64,000 nucleotides of DNA from Flavobacteriaceae bacterium. GTDB taxonomy: Bacteria; Bacteroidota; Bacteroidia; Flavobacteriales; Flavobacteriaceae. The translations under genes were made by a program, and so were the position numbers. Of this stretch, positions 8,579 to 18,220 are shown piece by piece. Every line of letters starts with the position of its first letter. Position 1 is the stretch's first letter. The stretch is from positions 10,452 through 74,451 of the forward strand of contig JABXIJ010000003.1 of assembly GCA_013373105.1 (NCBI GenBank), written 5' to 3'. Under the pieces are notes generated by a model that saw only the letters and a list, made by a program, of their open reading frames with translations, was not told the origin of the DNA and searched no databases.

Positions 8579-10786
8579 ATGAGAAAAATAGCTTTAGTAG
8601 TGCTTTCTTTATTTGTAATTTCTTCTACAACTTTTGCTCAGCAAGAGAAAAAAGAGGAAAAAAAGAAAGTTCAACAAGGTCATACAGACCAAAACAAGTT
8701 TAGACAACTAAAAGATGTTTTGGCAACTCCAAACGACCAAAGAACTGCTTCTGGTGCTCCAGGTCATCAGTATACACAACAAAAAGTAGACTATGTTATG
8801 GACATTCGTTTAGAAGAGTCTACAAACAAAATTTATGGTGATGAAACCATTACTTACCACAATAATTCTAAAGATGTATTAGAATATTTATGGGTTCAAT
8901 TAGATCAAAACATGAGAGCAGATGATTCTAAAACTCCTTTAGCAAACTCTCAGGGAGCTAGTCCATTTATATCTACAAAAGACTTTAAATCTACCTACAT
9001 GAAAGAAGGTAAAGGTTTTGGTTTTAATATTGAAAAAGTAGAAACAAATGGTAAACCTTTATCACACTTTATCAACAGAACAATGATGCGTATAAACTTA
9101 CCTGAGCCATTAAAACCAGGTGATACATTTAAGTTTAGAATAAAGTGGAATTACAAGGTAAACAACTCTGTTAAAGATGGAGGACGTTCTGGTTTCGAAG
9201 ATTTTCCCGATGGAAACAACAACTATACAATTGCTCAGTTTTTTCCAAGATTAGCAGTTTATGATAATGTTGAAGGATGGCAAAATATGCAATTTTGGGG
9301 TCGTTCTGAATTTGCTTTAGAATTTGGTGATTACGATGTTAAAATTACTGTTCCTGCAGATCACATAATGGAAGCAACAGGTGAGTTACAAAATGCTAAA
9401 GATGTACTAACAAAAGAACAACGTAAGCGTTATGAGCAAGCAATGAAATCTTTTAAAGATCCTGTAATTATTGTTACTCAAAAAGAGGCAGAGAAAAATG
9501 AAAAAGGAAGAAGTAACAAAACCAAAACATGGCACTATAAAGCAGAAATGGTTCGTGATTTTGCATTTGCAACTTCTAGAAAATACATTTGGGATGCAAT
9601 GGCTGTTAACATAAATGGTAAAACAATTATGGCTACTTCATTATATCCAAAAGAAGGAAATCCATTATGGGAAGAGCATTCTACAAGAGTTGTTGCTAAT
9701 ACTTTGGAAGAATATTCTAAATTAACTTTCGATTATCCTTATCCTAAAGCGGTTTCTGTTCATGCTAAAAATCAAGGAATGGAATATCCAATGATTTGCT
9801 TTAACTACGGTCGTCCAAATCCAGATGGAACTTATTCAGATAGAACAAAATATGGAATGATTGGTGTAATTACTCATGAAGTAGGTCATAACTTCTTCCC
9901 TATGATTGTTAACTCTGATGAAAGACAATGGACTTGGATGGATGAAGGTTTAAACTCTTTTGTTGAAGTATTAGCTGAATTAGACTACGATAAAAACCAT
10001 CCTGTAAGTGGAATTCCTAAAAACATAGTACGTTATATGTCTGGAGATCAATCTAACTTATCTCCTATTATGTCTCAAGGTGACTATGTAAAGCAATTTG
10101 GACCAAATGCTTACACTAAACCAGCTGCTGGTTTATACATGTTACGTCAAACAATTATGGGACCTGAGTTATTTGATCATGCATTTAGAACTTATTCTAA
10201 AAGATGGATGTTTAAACACCCAACACCAGAAGACTTTTTTAGATCTATGGAAGATGCTTCAGGTATGGATTTAGATTGGTTTTGGAGAGGTTGGTTCTAT
10301 ACAACAGATGCAACTGATATAGGTATTAAAAGTGTAAAACCTTTGTATTTAACAGACAAGCCAAGTGATAGAGTTAAGCAGCTAAAACAACAATACAAGC
10401 AGTATTTTGATAACTTAGGAGACTTAGTTTATATAACTGATAAGAAAGAAGATGCAAATCCTAAAGCTATGAACAAATATGTTGATGGCAAAGAAGTGCC
10501 TTCTTACATCTATCAAGTTGAATTTGAGAAACCAGGAGGTTTAGTTATGCCAATTATTGTAGAATTAACATATGCTGATGGTACTACTGAAAGACAAACT
10601 TTTCCTGCTCAAATTTGGAGATACAACGATAATAGCGTGAGTAGAGTATTCGCTTCTACTCAAGAAATTAAGTCAATTAAAATTGACCCTGATTTAGAAA
10701 CAGCAGATATTGATACTTCTAACAACTCTTGGCCTAAGAAAGAAGCTGATAAATTTGATAAGTTTAAAGAAAAAGTAAAAGGTTAA
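8579..10786 (+). CDS. M1 family zinc metallopeptidase (secreted), paralog 2
   Basis: It has THEVGHNFFPMIVNSDERQWTWMDEG (HEXXH-X18-E) and GMEYP. It is collinear with the upstream paralog and has a signal peptide MRKIALVVLSLFVISSTTFAQ. Confidence 0.9.
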   Translation: MRKIALVVLSLFVISSTTFAQQEKKEEKKKVQQGHTDQNKFRQLKDVLATPNDQRTASGAPGHQYTQQKVDYVMDIRLEESTNKIYGDETITYHNNSKDVLEYLWVQLDQNMRADDSKTPLANSQGASPFISTKDFKSTYMKEGKGFGFNIEKVETNGKPLSHFINRTMMRINLPEPLKPGDTFKFRIKWNYKVNNSVKDGGRSGFEDFPDGNNNYTIAQFFPRLAVYDNVEGWQNMQFWGRSEFALEFGDYDVKITVPADHIMEATGELQNAKDVLTKEQRKRYEQAMKSFKDPVIIVTQKEAEKNEKGRSNKTKTWHYKAEMVRDFAFATSRKYIWDAMAVNINGKTIMATSLYPKEGNPLWEEHSTRVVANTLEEYSKLTFDYPYPKAVSVHAKNQGMEYPMICFNYGRPNPDGTYSDRTKYGMIGVITHEVGHNFFPMIVNSDERQWTWMDEGLNSFVEVLAELDYDKNHPVSGIPKNIVRYMSGDQSNLSPIMSQGDYVKQFGPNAYTKPAAGLYMLRQTIMGPELFDHAFRTYSKRWMFKHPTPEDFFRSMEDASGMDLDWFWRGWFYTTDATDIGIKSVKPLYLTDKPSDRVKQLKQQYKQYFDNLGDLVYITDKKEDANPKAMNKYVDGKEVPSYIYQVEFEKPGGLVMPIIVELTYADGTTERQTFPAQIWRYNDNSVSRVFASTQEIKSIKIDPDLETADIDTSNNSWPKKEADKFDKFKEKVKG

Positions 10787-10802
10787 TCTAACCTTTTAGA
10801 AT

Positions 10803-10835
10803 AAAAAAAACCTCGCCAATAGCGAGGTTTTTTTT
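10803..10835. terminator. Bidirectional rho-independent terminator between convergent genes
   Basis: The sequence is A8-cctcgc-caata-gcgagg-T8: a GC-rich stem flanked by an A-run and a T-run. Confidence 0.8.
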
Positions 10836-10850
10836 ATTTACGTTAAACTG

Positions 10851-11666
10851 TTAACTCCAAAACTCACGTTTTTTATTAAGTTCTTCTTCTTCTTTTAAAT
10901 ACTCCTCTGCTTCATCAGGAGATAGTACCTTTAAAAAAGATGGATGTTGTTCAATTGCATATTCTATCTTTTTTACAATTTCTTCAATAGATTCATTCTC
11001 ATAATCAATCTCTAAAGGGTTTTTAATTACCATAGATTGTAAAACATTTTTTCGCTTTATGTTTAAACCTTTTTTATCGAAAGAACGTCTAAAACCATCA
11101 ATAACAATAGGTACTACTACTGGTTTATAAGTTTTTATAATATGTGCTGTTCCTCTTCTAATTGGCTTAAATGGTGTGGTTGTTCCTTGTGGAAATGTAA
11201 TTACCCAACCATCGTTTATAGCTTTACCTATATTAGTAATATCAGAATTTTTTACCTGTCTATTTACATTTTGACCAGCTGCTCTCCAAGTTCTTTCAAT
11301 AGATACAGAACCTGTATAAGCAAATATTTTTGGTAATAAACCAGAACGCATGGTTTCACCAGCAGCTACATAATAAACATTTAATTTAGGGTTCCAAATG
11401 TATCCTATATTTTTAATATTATCATCTCTCCCTTTTAATGCTGCATTAAAAACGTGAAGCATAGCTGCTACATCTGCAAAATAAGTTTGATGATTTGAAA
11501 TAAACAAAACGTTATTTTCTGGCAGTTCTCTTATTATTTCTGAACCTTCAATTTGAAGGTTATTGAATTTTCTATAACGTCCATGAGATATGATTCCTAA
11601 AATACGAATCAACCATTTTTTTATAAATAAATAATGTCCAAAAGGATTCCTTTTAAAAAAGGGCAT
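10851..11666 (-). CDS. Lysophospholipid (1-acyl-sn-glycerol-3-phosphate) acyltransferase family protein
   Basis: Acyltransferase block I-like NHQTYFAD and block III-like ITFPQGTT are present. The size is about 270 aa. Confidence 0.7.
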   Translation of the reverse strand: MPFFKRNPFGHYLFIKKWLIRILGIISHGRYRKFNNLQIEGSEIIRELPENNVLFISNHQTYFADVAAMLHVFNAALKGRDDNIKNIGYIWNPKLNVYYVAAGETMRSGLLPKIFAYTGSVSIERTWRAAGQNVNRQVKNSDITNIGKAINDGWVITFPQGTTTPFKPIRRGTAHIIKTYKPVVVPIVIDGFRRSFDKKGLNIKRKNVLQSMVIKNPLEIDYENESIEEIVKKIEYAIEQHPSFLKVLSPDEAEEYLKEEEELNKKREFWS

Positions 11667-11716
11667 TTAATAAGGTTTTACTTGGTTATGTTACAAAATT
11701 ACAAACAAATACGGAA

Positions 11717-12346
11717 CTAATCTTTTAAAAGCTCCTTAATTTCAGACAACATCATACCTGTTGCACCCCATATAATATGATTATTTATTTTAAAACAGGG
11801 CACATCTATATTCTTCATATATGAAGTTGTTAAATTAATGGTAGTTACATTTCTATCGTCTAACAAATCTCTAACAGATACTTCTATCGTCTTTTCTACT
11901 TCATAATTTAATTGAAAGTTAGGTTTGGTTGATGTAAAACCGATAAAAGGAGTTGCTAAAAAATTACTTGGAGGTATAAAAACATCTGTAAGTTCTCTAA
12001 TTATTTCTACTGTTGATGGCTCTACACCAACTTCTTCAAATGATTCTCTTAATGCAGTTTCTTGTAAACTTGAATCTGATCGTTCAATTTTCCCACCAGG
12101 AAAACTTATTTGTGCTGCATGTGTTCCCTTATAATTTGCTCTTTGCGTTAGTAAAAAGCTTGCCTCAAAATCACTATTAGGATATACTAAAGCCAAAACT
12201 GCAGCTCTTTTAGGTTTTTGAGCTTCTATTTTATTTTTACTATACCTTTTCCTTAACTCAGGAGCTAATTTAAATTGTGCCTCTAAACCTCCTAATTTTT
12301 TAGACTTTAATAGCTCAATTTTTTTAGTAAAATTTGTAAATTTCAA
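11717..12346 (-). CDS. Nudix hydrolase, CoA pyrophosphatase-like
   Basis: The Nudix box is present: GGKIERSDSSLQETALRESFEEVGV. The overall length and layout resemble NudL-type CoA pyrophosphatases. Confidence 0.75.
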   Translation of the reverse strand: MKFTNFTKKIELLKSKKLGGLEAQFKLAPELRKRYSKNKIEAQKPKRAAVLALVYPNSDFEASFLLTQRANYKGTHAAQISFPGGKIERSDSSLQETALRESFEEVGVEPSTVEIIRELTDVFIPPSNFLATPFIGFTSTKPNFQLNYEVEKTIEVSVRDLLDDRNVTTINLTTSYMKNIDVPCFKINNHIIWGATGMMLSEIKELLKD

Positions 12347-12429
12347 TAGATATTGTTTTTATTTCTCTATTTTTAAAAGACTAAAAGTAATGAATTCTTT
12401 CTTGAATAGAATTTTAGTTTTTAATAAAA

Positions 12430-12705
12430 ATGAAGCATAAATACAAAAGATTATTACTAAGCATACTACTAGATTTAATTGGTTTAATACCATTAATAGA
12501 CATTATTTGGGCACCAATTTCTGGATATATAATGACACAACTTTACAAAGGAACTAAAGGAAAAGTTGCAGGTGTAATAAGCTTTATCGAGGAAATAATT
12601 CCCTTTTCAGACTTCATTCCTACTTTTACCATCATGTGGTTTTACACCAATTTTGTAGATAATAAGAATATAAAGGAACAGTCTTCTAAATCTTTAGACG
12701 CTTAG
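12430..12705 (+). CDS. Small hypothetical membrane protein
   Basis: A 91-aa ORF with two hydrophobic segments. There are no recognisable motifs. Confidence 0.45.
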   Translation: MKHKYKRLLLSILLDLIGLIPLIDIIWAPISGYIMTQLYKGTKGKVAGVISFIEEIIPFSDFIPTFTIMWFYTNFVDNKNIKEQSSKSLDA

Positions 12706-13010
12706 CTTTTTTTAAATAAAAAGCCAAGACCAAGTCTCGATAAAAACTTTTTTTCGAACTCCCAAAAAAAATTAAACTGACCAAAAAGCCAACCAACTAT
12801 TGGCAAAGTTAATTGGTAAATTGGAAATATTAACAAAATTCTTAAAGGCCAATAAATCCATGGATTTAAAGTATCTATTGTTATACCAAAAAAAGTACAA
12901 ACAGGTTTAGCTACCCAAGCAGAAAAAGAACCATTAATAGCAAACACAATTAAAATAGCAAGTATAGCCCAATTGCTTTTAATACCCCATTTTTGTTTGA
13001 GCTTCTCCAT
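12702..13010 (-). CDS. Small hypothetical membrane protein
   Basis: A 102-aa ORF with 3 predicted TM segments. Its start overlaps the stop codon of lgt, consistent with co-transcription and translational coupling. Confidence 0.55.
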   Translation of the reverse strand: MEKLKQKWGIKSNWAILAILIVFAINGSFSAWVAKPVCTFFGITIDTLNPWIYWPLRILLIFPIYQLTLPIVGWLFGQFNFFWEFEKKFLSRLGLGFLFKKS

Positions 13011-13876
13011 TATGCAGTAGTGTCTTCTTTATTTGTTTTTCTAAACATTAACCAAACACCAATTAAAACTAGAGGTATACTTAAAACCTGACCTGTGTTA
13101 AGCGAATTAAATACCCAATCTTCTCTACCATTTACTTGTGGCTCTTTTAAGAATTCAATAAAAAACCGTAGAGACCATAGAACTACCATAAAGAGACCAA
13201 ATAAAAACCCAACTTGATTTTTCTTATTGGTTTTCCAATACAAATACCACATTACAAAAAACAGTATTAAATAACTAAATGCTTCATACAATTGAGTTGG
13301 ATGCCTTGCAAATGTTTCTCCATTAGCTTTAAATATTACACCAAAATTAGAACCTGTTGGTTTACCATAAATTTCTGAATTAAAAAAGTTTCCAAAACGA
13401 ATGAAAAAGCCAGCTAAAGTTACCATTATTGCTAATCTATCTAAAATAAACAACCAAGGTTTTTGCAAATGTTTTTTTGCATAAAAATACATTGATAATG
13501 GAATTGCAATAGCTGCTCCATGGCTAGCAAAACCAGTAAATCCTGTAAACTTCCAACCGTCAATTAAACCAAAAAGGGCAGATTCTCCTTCAGCCTTTTT
13601 AAAAGGTAAAAATATTTCTAATAAGTGATTTTGATAATAATCCCAACTATAAAAAAATACATCTCCTAAACGCATTCCTATGAGCATAGAAATAAATACA
13701 TACATAAAAATTGTATCTAATTTTTCTAAAGGTATTTTATCTTCTATATAAATCTTTTTCATTAGGTGCAGACCTAATAAAAAAGCAGCTACAAACATTA
13801 AGCTATACCATCTAATGGTAAAAAAACCAAGATTTATTCCTAATGCAGGATCCCATTCTATTGCTAAAAAACTCAT
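13010..13876 (-). CDS. lgt: Prolipoprotein diacylglyceryl transferase
   Basis: It is a polytopic membrane protein with the Lgt blocks FTIRWYSLMFV, GFASHGA and HPTQLYEA. It sits in the conserved yidD-lgt neighbourhood. Confidence 0.9.
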   Translation of the reverse strand: MSFLAIEWDPALGINLGFFTIRWYSLMFVAAFLLGLHLMKKIYIEDKIPLEKLDTIFMYVFISMLIGMRLGDVFFYSWDYYQNHLLEIFLPFKKAEGESALFGLIDGWKFTGFTGFASHGAAIAIPLSMYFYAKKHLQKPWLFILDRLAIMVTLAGFFIRFGNFFNSEIYGKPTGSNFGVIFKANGETFARHPTQLYEAFSYLILFFVMWYLYWKTNKKNQVGFLFGLFMVVLWSLRFFIEFLKEPQVNGREDWVFNSLNTGQVLSIPLVLIGVWLMFRKTNKEDTTA

Positions 13877-13878
13877 AA

Positions 13879-14121
13879 TTATTTTTTCTTTAAAATTTTA
13901 TCTGGTACAGGGTCATAACCTGAACCTCCCCAAGGATGACAACTAAATATTCGTTTTAACGATAACCAACCTCCTTGTATTAAACCATGCTTTTGTAATG
14001 CTTCTATTGTATAATGCGAACAAGTTGGGCTATACCTACATGTTGAAGGAGTAAATGGTGAAATTGCTGTTTGATAAAAACGAACCATTAATATAAATGG
14101 ATATGTTAGAAGTTTCTTCAA
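13879..14121 (-). CDS. yidD: Membrane protein insertion efficiency factor YidD
   Basis: An 80-aa protein with the characteristic YQ..ISP....CR(Y)SPTCSHY....HG and [12 protein letters not shown]. Confidence 0.9.
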   Translation of the reverse strand: MKKLLTYPFILMVRFYQTAISPFTPSTCRYSPTCSHYTIEALQKHGLIQGGWLSLKRIFSCHPWGGSGYDPVPDKILKKK

Positions 14122-14122
14122 T

Positions 14123-15601
14123 TTAGTTTATTGAGTAAGTTGTTCCTTCTCTACCATCTTTTAATTGGATACCTAAAGCTAATAACTCATCTCTTATTTT
14201 ATCTGATAAAGCCCAGTCTTTATTTTCTCTAGCTTCTTTTCTCATTTGAATTAACATCTCAACCACACCAGTTAATTTATCTGAATTAGAACTTTCAGTT
14301 TCATTTTTTAATCCTAAAACATCAAAAACAAAAGCATTTATTGTTGAAATAAATTCAGCTAAGTCTAATTCATTTAATGAAGCTTTGCCCTCTTTTAATT
14401 GGTTAATAATTTTTACAGCATCAAATAAATGGGCAATTAAAATTGGTGAATTAAAATCGTCATTCATTGCTGCATAACAATTATTTTTCCACTCAATAAT
14501 ATCTACAGTAGATATTTTTTCTGCTTTAATTGACTTAAGTGAATTTACAGCTTCCATAAGTTTATTAAAGCCTTTTTCACTTGCTAATAAGCCATCATCT
14601 GTTAAATCTAAAATACTTCTGTAAGAAGATTGTGCTGTAAAAAAGCGAATTACACTTGGTGAATAAGCTTTACTAAAAAATTTATTTTCACCTGATAATA
14701 ATTCATGAGGATTAACTGTATTACCAGTTGATTTAGACATACGCTGACCATTTAAATGCAACATATTAGAATGCATCCAGTAGTTTACTGGTGATGTGCC
14801 TTTGGCAGCTTCACATTGTGCAATTTCACATTCGTGATGTGGGAATTTTAAATCCATTCCTCCACCATGAATATCAAAATTATCACCTAAATATTTCGTA
14901 CTCATTGCAGTACATTCTAGGTGCCAGCCAGGAAAACCTTCTCCCCATGGTGAAGGCCAACGCATAATGTGTTGATCTTCTGCTTTTTTCCATAAAGCAA
15001 AATCTTGAGGGTTTTTCTTATCTGATTGACCATCTAGAGTACGTGTGTTATGTATTAAATCATCTAATTGTCTGTTACTTAAAACTCCATAATTTTTTGT
15101 TTCATTGTACTTATGTACATCAAAATAAACAGATCTATTAGATTCGTAAGCAAGACCATTATCTATAATCATTTGCACAAGTTCTATTTGTTCTATTATG
15201 TGACCTGTTGCAGTTGGCTCTATACTTGGTGGTAAAAAATTGAAGGTTTCTAAAACTTTATGAAAATCTACGGTATAACGTTGTACAACTTCCATAGGTT
15301 CAATTTGCTCTAGTCTTGCTTTTTTAGATATTTTATCTTCACCTACATCTGCATCGTTTTCTAGATGACCTGCATCTGTAATGTTGCGAACATAACGAAC
15401 TTTATAGCCTAAATGCAACAAATATCTATATGCCATGTCAAAAAACATAAATGTTCTAACATTACCAAGATGAACGTTACTGTATACAGTTGGCCCACAA
15501 ACATACATACCAACATGACCTTCTGTTATGGGTTTAAAAATCTCTTTTTGCTTAGTAAGAGAGTTGTATATTTTAAGTTGATTTTCTTTGTATAGTTCCA
15601 T
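14123..15601 (-). CDS. cysS: Cysteine--tRNA ligase
   Basis: Class I signatures are present: [12 protein letters not shown] (HIGH-type) and RMSKSTGN (KMSKS). The zinc/cysteine-binding region is GWHLECTAM. Confidence 0.95.
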   Translation of the reverse strand: MELYKENQLKIYNSLTKQKEIFKPITEGHVGMYVCGPTVYSNVHLGNVRTFMFFDMAYRYLLHLGYKVRYVRNITDAGHLENDADVGEDKISKKARLEQIEPMEVVQRYTVDFHKVLETFNFLPPSIEPTATGHIIEQIELVQMIIDNGLAYESNRSVYFDVHKYNETKNYGVLSNRQLDDLIHNTRTLDGQSDKKNPQDFALWKKAEDQHIMRWPSPWGEGFPGWHLECTAMSTKYLGDNFDIHGGGMDLKFPHHECEIAQCEAAKGTSPVNYWMHSNMLHLNGQRMSKSTGNTVNPHELLSGENKFFSKAYSPSVIRFFTAQSSYRSILDLTDDGLLASEKGFNKLMEAVNSLKSIKAEKISTVDIIEWKNNCYAAMNDDFNSPILIAHLFDAVKIINQLKEGKASLNELDLAEFISTINAFVFDVLGLKNETESSNSDKLTGVVEMLIQMRKEARENKDWALSDKIRDELLALGIQLKDGREGTTYSIN

Positions 15602-15695
15602 TAAAAAAGTGACTATTAATAGCGGATAAAGATAGGCACTTTATGAAGAATATAGAAATGGAATTTGTTAGAAGTTTTGTAAAAATAAAATGGAT

Positions 15696-17045
15696 TTATT
15701 TTATAACAATACTACTGTAACTTCCGTTGACTTTTACAACGTTATTTGTGTTTTTATTTTCTGAAGTTCTTTTGTTATCTAATTTAACTCTATTAACATC
15801 ATAAACATATTTTGCAGGAGTATTTCCAAAGGTTAAAACTGCATTAGAGTTTCTTAGACTAAGCAAAAATTCACCAAAATTTTCTTTGAAGCTTTCTACT
15901 ACTAAAGTCCCAAATTTATCGAAAAGACTAACTTTTTCATTAATTTTTACAATCCTTACATCAGAATAATTATTTCGTAAAGTGGTATTCGTAACTGATG
16001 CAATTGTTGCATCAGTTACGTTGTTTAAAAATAATGTACACGCATTTAAATCATTTATAGATACAGGTGCGTAGTTAATATTTAAATTACCTCCTTGTAA
16101 ATTATTTGCATTAAATGTACCATACTGAACATTACCATAAGCAACAGTGTTTGGTAATTTAACTTTACAATGACGAGTGTTTAAATCAAAAGTAGCACTT
16201 TTAGGTACTTTTATTTCTAGACGTTTTTTAATCTTTACTTTTTTACCATTTATAGTAAAGTCGTTTTTACCAGCTTCAAATTCAATTTTCATCTTTTCCA
16301 TCTTCTTTTTAGCTTTTGCTAATTGAGCTCTAATTTTTTCTTTATCGATTTTAGCCTCTTTTTTAGACTTTTCTATGGCTTTTCTAATTTTATCTTTAGC
16401 TTCTTTAAGCTTTACAACTGCCATCTCTTTTTTAAGTTTCATTTTTTCTTTTAGCTCTTTGTACTTTTTAGTCTTTTTAAAAGCCTCCCACTCTTTTTTA
16501 TTGTTGATTTCTATATCATTTTCATCATCTTTCCAATGAAATTTATAGTTACCATTCTTTTCTACCATTTTATCTATATCTTCTAGTTCAGAAAACATTT
16601 CATCAAAATCAAAATCAAAATTGAAATCCATTTCAGGGATTACAATTGCGTCTATATTAGAAAAATCAATTTCTGGAATTTTAATATCAAAGTCCATGTT
16701 ATTTAAGAAAACAAAGTCGTTCTTAAGGTTAAAAATATTACTACCTGAAGCTTTAATTTGTACTTTTTTAGCGTTTCCTAAGGCTTCAAAATTCCATTTT
16801 TTAAAATATTTTTCAGCTTCTTCTTTTGTAACACCTTCAATTTCTACAAAAGCTTCTACTTGCACTTCGTTTTTATTCCAAGTGCTTACATTTATTTCTG
16901 TATTAGAAGCATTAATTTCAACTTCAACATCTTTATTTGTTTTAAAGTTCTCTTTAAACTTTTTATCAAATTTTTGAGCATATGATGTAGTAATACACCC
17001 AAATACTACTAGTGTTATTATGGATTTAAATAATCTGTATTTCAT
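15696..17045 (-). CDS. Secreted hypothetical protein, DUF4097/putative-adhesin-like with a Lys/Glu-rich coiled-coil insert
   Basis: It has a signal peptide. The N- and C-terminal parts are beta-strand-rich (EINVSTWNKNEVQVEAFVEI...) and flank a KEKxK-rich segment. It overlaps the upstream anti-sigma-like gene by 20 nt. Confidence 0.5.
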   Translation of the reverse strand: MKYRLFKSIITLVVFGCITTSYAQKFDKKFKENFKTNKDVEVEINASNTEINVSTWNKNEVQVEAFVEIEGVTKEEAEKYFKKWNFEALGNAKKVQIKASGSNIFNLKNDFVFLNNMDFDIKIPEIDFSNIDAIVIPEMDFNFDFDFDEMFSELEDIDKMVEKNGNYKFHWKDDENDIEINNKKEWEAFKKTKKYKELKEKMKLKKEMAVVKLKEAKDKIRKAIEKSKKEAKIDKEKIRAQLAKAKKKMEKMKIEFEAGKNDFTINGKKVKIKKRLEIKVPKSATFDLNTRHCKVKLPNTVAYGNVQYGTFNANNLQGGNLNINYAPVSINDLNACTLFLNNVTDATIASVTNTTLRNNYSDVRIVKINEKVSLFDKFGTLVVESFKENFGEFLLSLRNSNAVLTFGNTPAKYVYDVNRVKLDNKRTSENKNTNNVVKVNGSYSSIVIK

Positions 17046-17592
17046 TTTGTTTTGTGTTTAAATTTTTGAGTTGTTTTAATTGTTTTTTCAAACGTTGCAA
17101 CAGCTGTAAGCGTAATTGTAAATTACTTATTAATGCATCTATAGTGTCGTCATTAACTCCTTTTATATTGAGCTCTTTAGTTAATGATTTGTACTCTTTG
17201 GTTAACTCGGCAATTTTTAAAAGATAGCCATCTACCATTTCTTTATTTTCATCATTCAATTCTAACTGACTAATCTCTAAATTTATGCTATTGGTGTAAT
17301 AAGTTTCTATAGTATTAAACTCTGGTGAAATATTGCCTAATGTAATTTGCTTTGATGTTGATAATACTTTATTATCTAGAGGATTCTCTTTTAGAGGGTA
17401 AAACTGAATTCCAATACTCAACAATAAAACTATAGAAGCAGCAATAGACAACCATCTAAAAGTATTTGGTTTAGATTTTTGTTTATGCAACTCTTCTTGC
17501 AACAATTGTTGAAACTTAGTTGCATGTAGTTTAGATAATTTAACATTTTCTCCTTTATAACCTTTCATCATTTCTTTAATATCCTTCTGCAT
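17026..17592 (-). CDS. Putative anti-sigma factor (single-pass membrane protein)
   Basis: It overlaps the ECF sigma gene by 17 nt. It has one TM helix (WLSIAASIVLLLSIGIQF) after a short cytoplasmic N-terminus. The call rests on position and topology. Confidence 0.5.
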   Translation of the reverse strand: MQKDIKEMMKGYKGENVKLSKLHATKFQQLLQEELHKQKSKPNTFRWLSIAASIVLLLSIGIQFYPLKENPLDNKVLSTSKQITLGNISPEFNTIETYYTNSINLEISQLELNDENKEMVDGYLLKIAELTKEYKSLTKELNIKGVNDDTIDALISNLQLRLQLLQRLKKQLKQLKNLNTKQNEIQII

Positions 17593-18130
17593 AACTTGTA
17601 TTTTTAAGTTGTTCTTTTAAAAGTTTTTTACCTCTTAACAAATGTGTTCTCGAAGTGTTTTCGGTAATGTTTAATATTTGTGAAATTTCTGCATGATCAT
17701 AACCTTCTAACAAATACAAACTTAATACCAACCTATACTTCTCTTTTAATGCATTTATTTTATTTACAATTCCATCTACAGAAATATCAGTTTCAACTTT
17801 CCAGTCATCATCTATTTTTGTAGTAACTTCTTCATTAATTGCAACTAATTCTAGTTTATTCTTTTTAAGTTGATCAATACTATGATTTATTACTATTCTT
17901 TTTAACCAAGCACCAACAGGCACTTCATTTTTATATGATTTTATATTTTTAAAAGCTTTAATAAAAGACTCTTGCATAATATCTTCTGCCAAACATTTAT
18001 CTTTTACATATCTGTAGGAAATTAAAAACATGGCCTGACTATACAAATTATACAATTGCATTTGCGCTTTTGCATTGTTTTCTTTGCATAAATCAATGAT
18101 ATTTTGATGTATCTGCTTGGTTGGTTTCAT
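17576..18130 (-). CDS. RNA polymerase ECF-type sigma-70 factor
   Basis: Region 2 (AEDIMQESFIKAF..., WLKRIVINHSID) and the region 4 HTH (GYDHAEISQILNITENTSRTHLLRGKKLL) are present. The size is 184 aa. Confidence 0.9.
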   Translation of the reverse strand: MKPTKQIHQNIIDLCKENNAKAQMQLYNLYSQAMFLISYRYVKDKCLAEDIMQESFIKAFKNIKSYKNEVPVGAWLKRIVINHSIDQLKKNKLELVAINEEVTTKIDDDWKVETDISVDGIVNKINALKEKYRLVLSLYLLEGYDHAEISQILNITENTSRTHLLRGKKLLKEQLKNTSYAEGY

Positions 18131-18220
18131 AAACTTTTCTACACTATAGACGATACATTTTTAGCTGTGTTGCAAAATGAGTGAATTTTTATTTTTAAAT
18201 TTACATAAATACCTTTAAGA

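Noticed and set aside
15602-15695. I looked for a leader or T-box-like element upstream of cysS.
   Set aside because: It is a short AT-rich gap without conserved stems. T-box leaders are not expected in Bacteroidota.
16200-16520. An apparently repetitive A/T-rich stretch that looked like a DNA repeat array.
   Set aside because: It is in frame within the 449-aa gene and encodes a Lys/Glu-rich coiled coil. The periodicity is codon-level (AAA/GAA/AAG), not a discrete repeat unit or CRISPR-like array.
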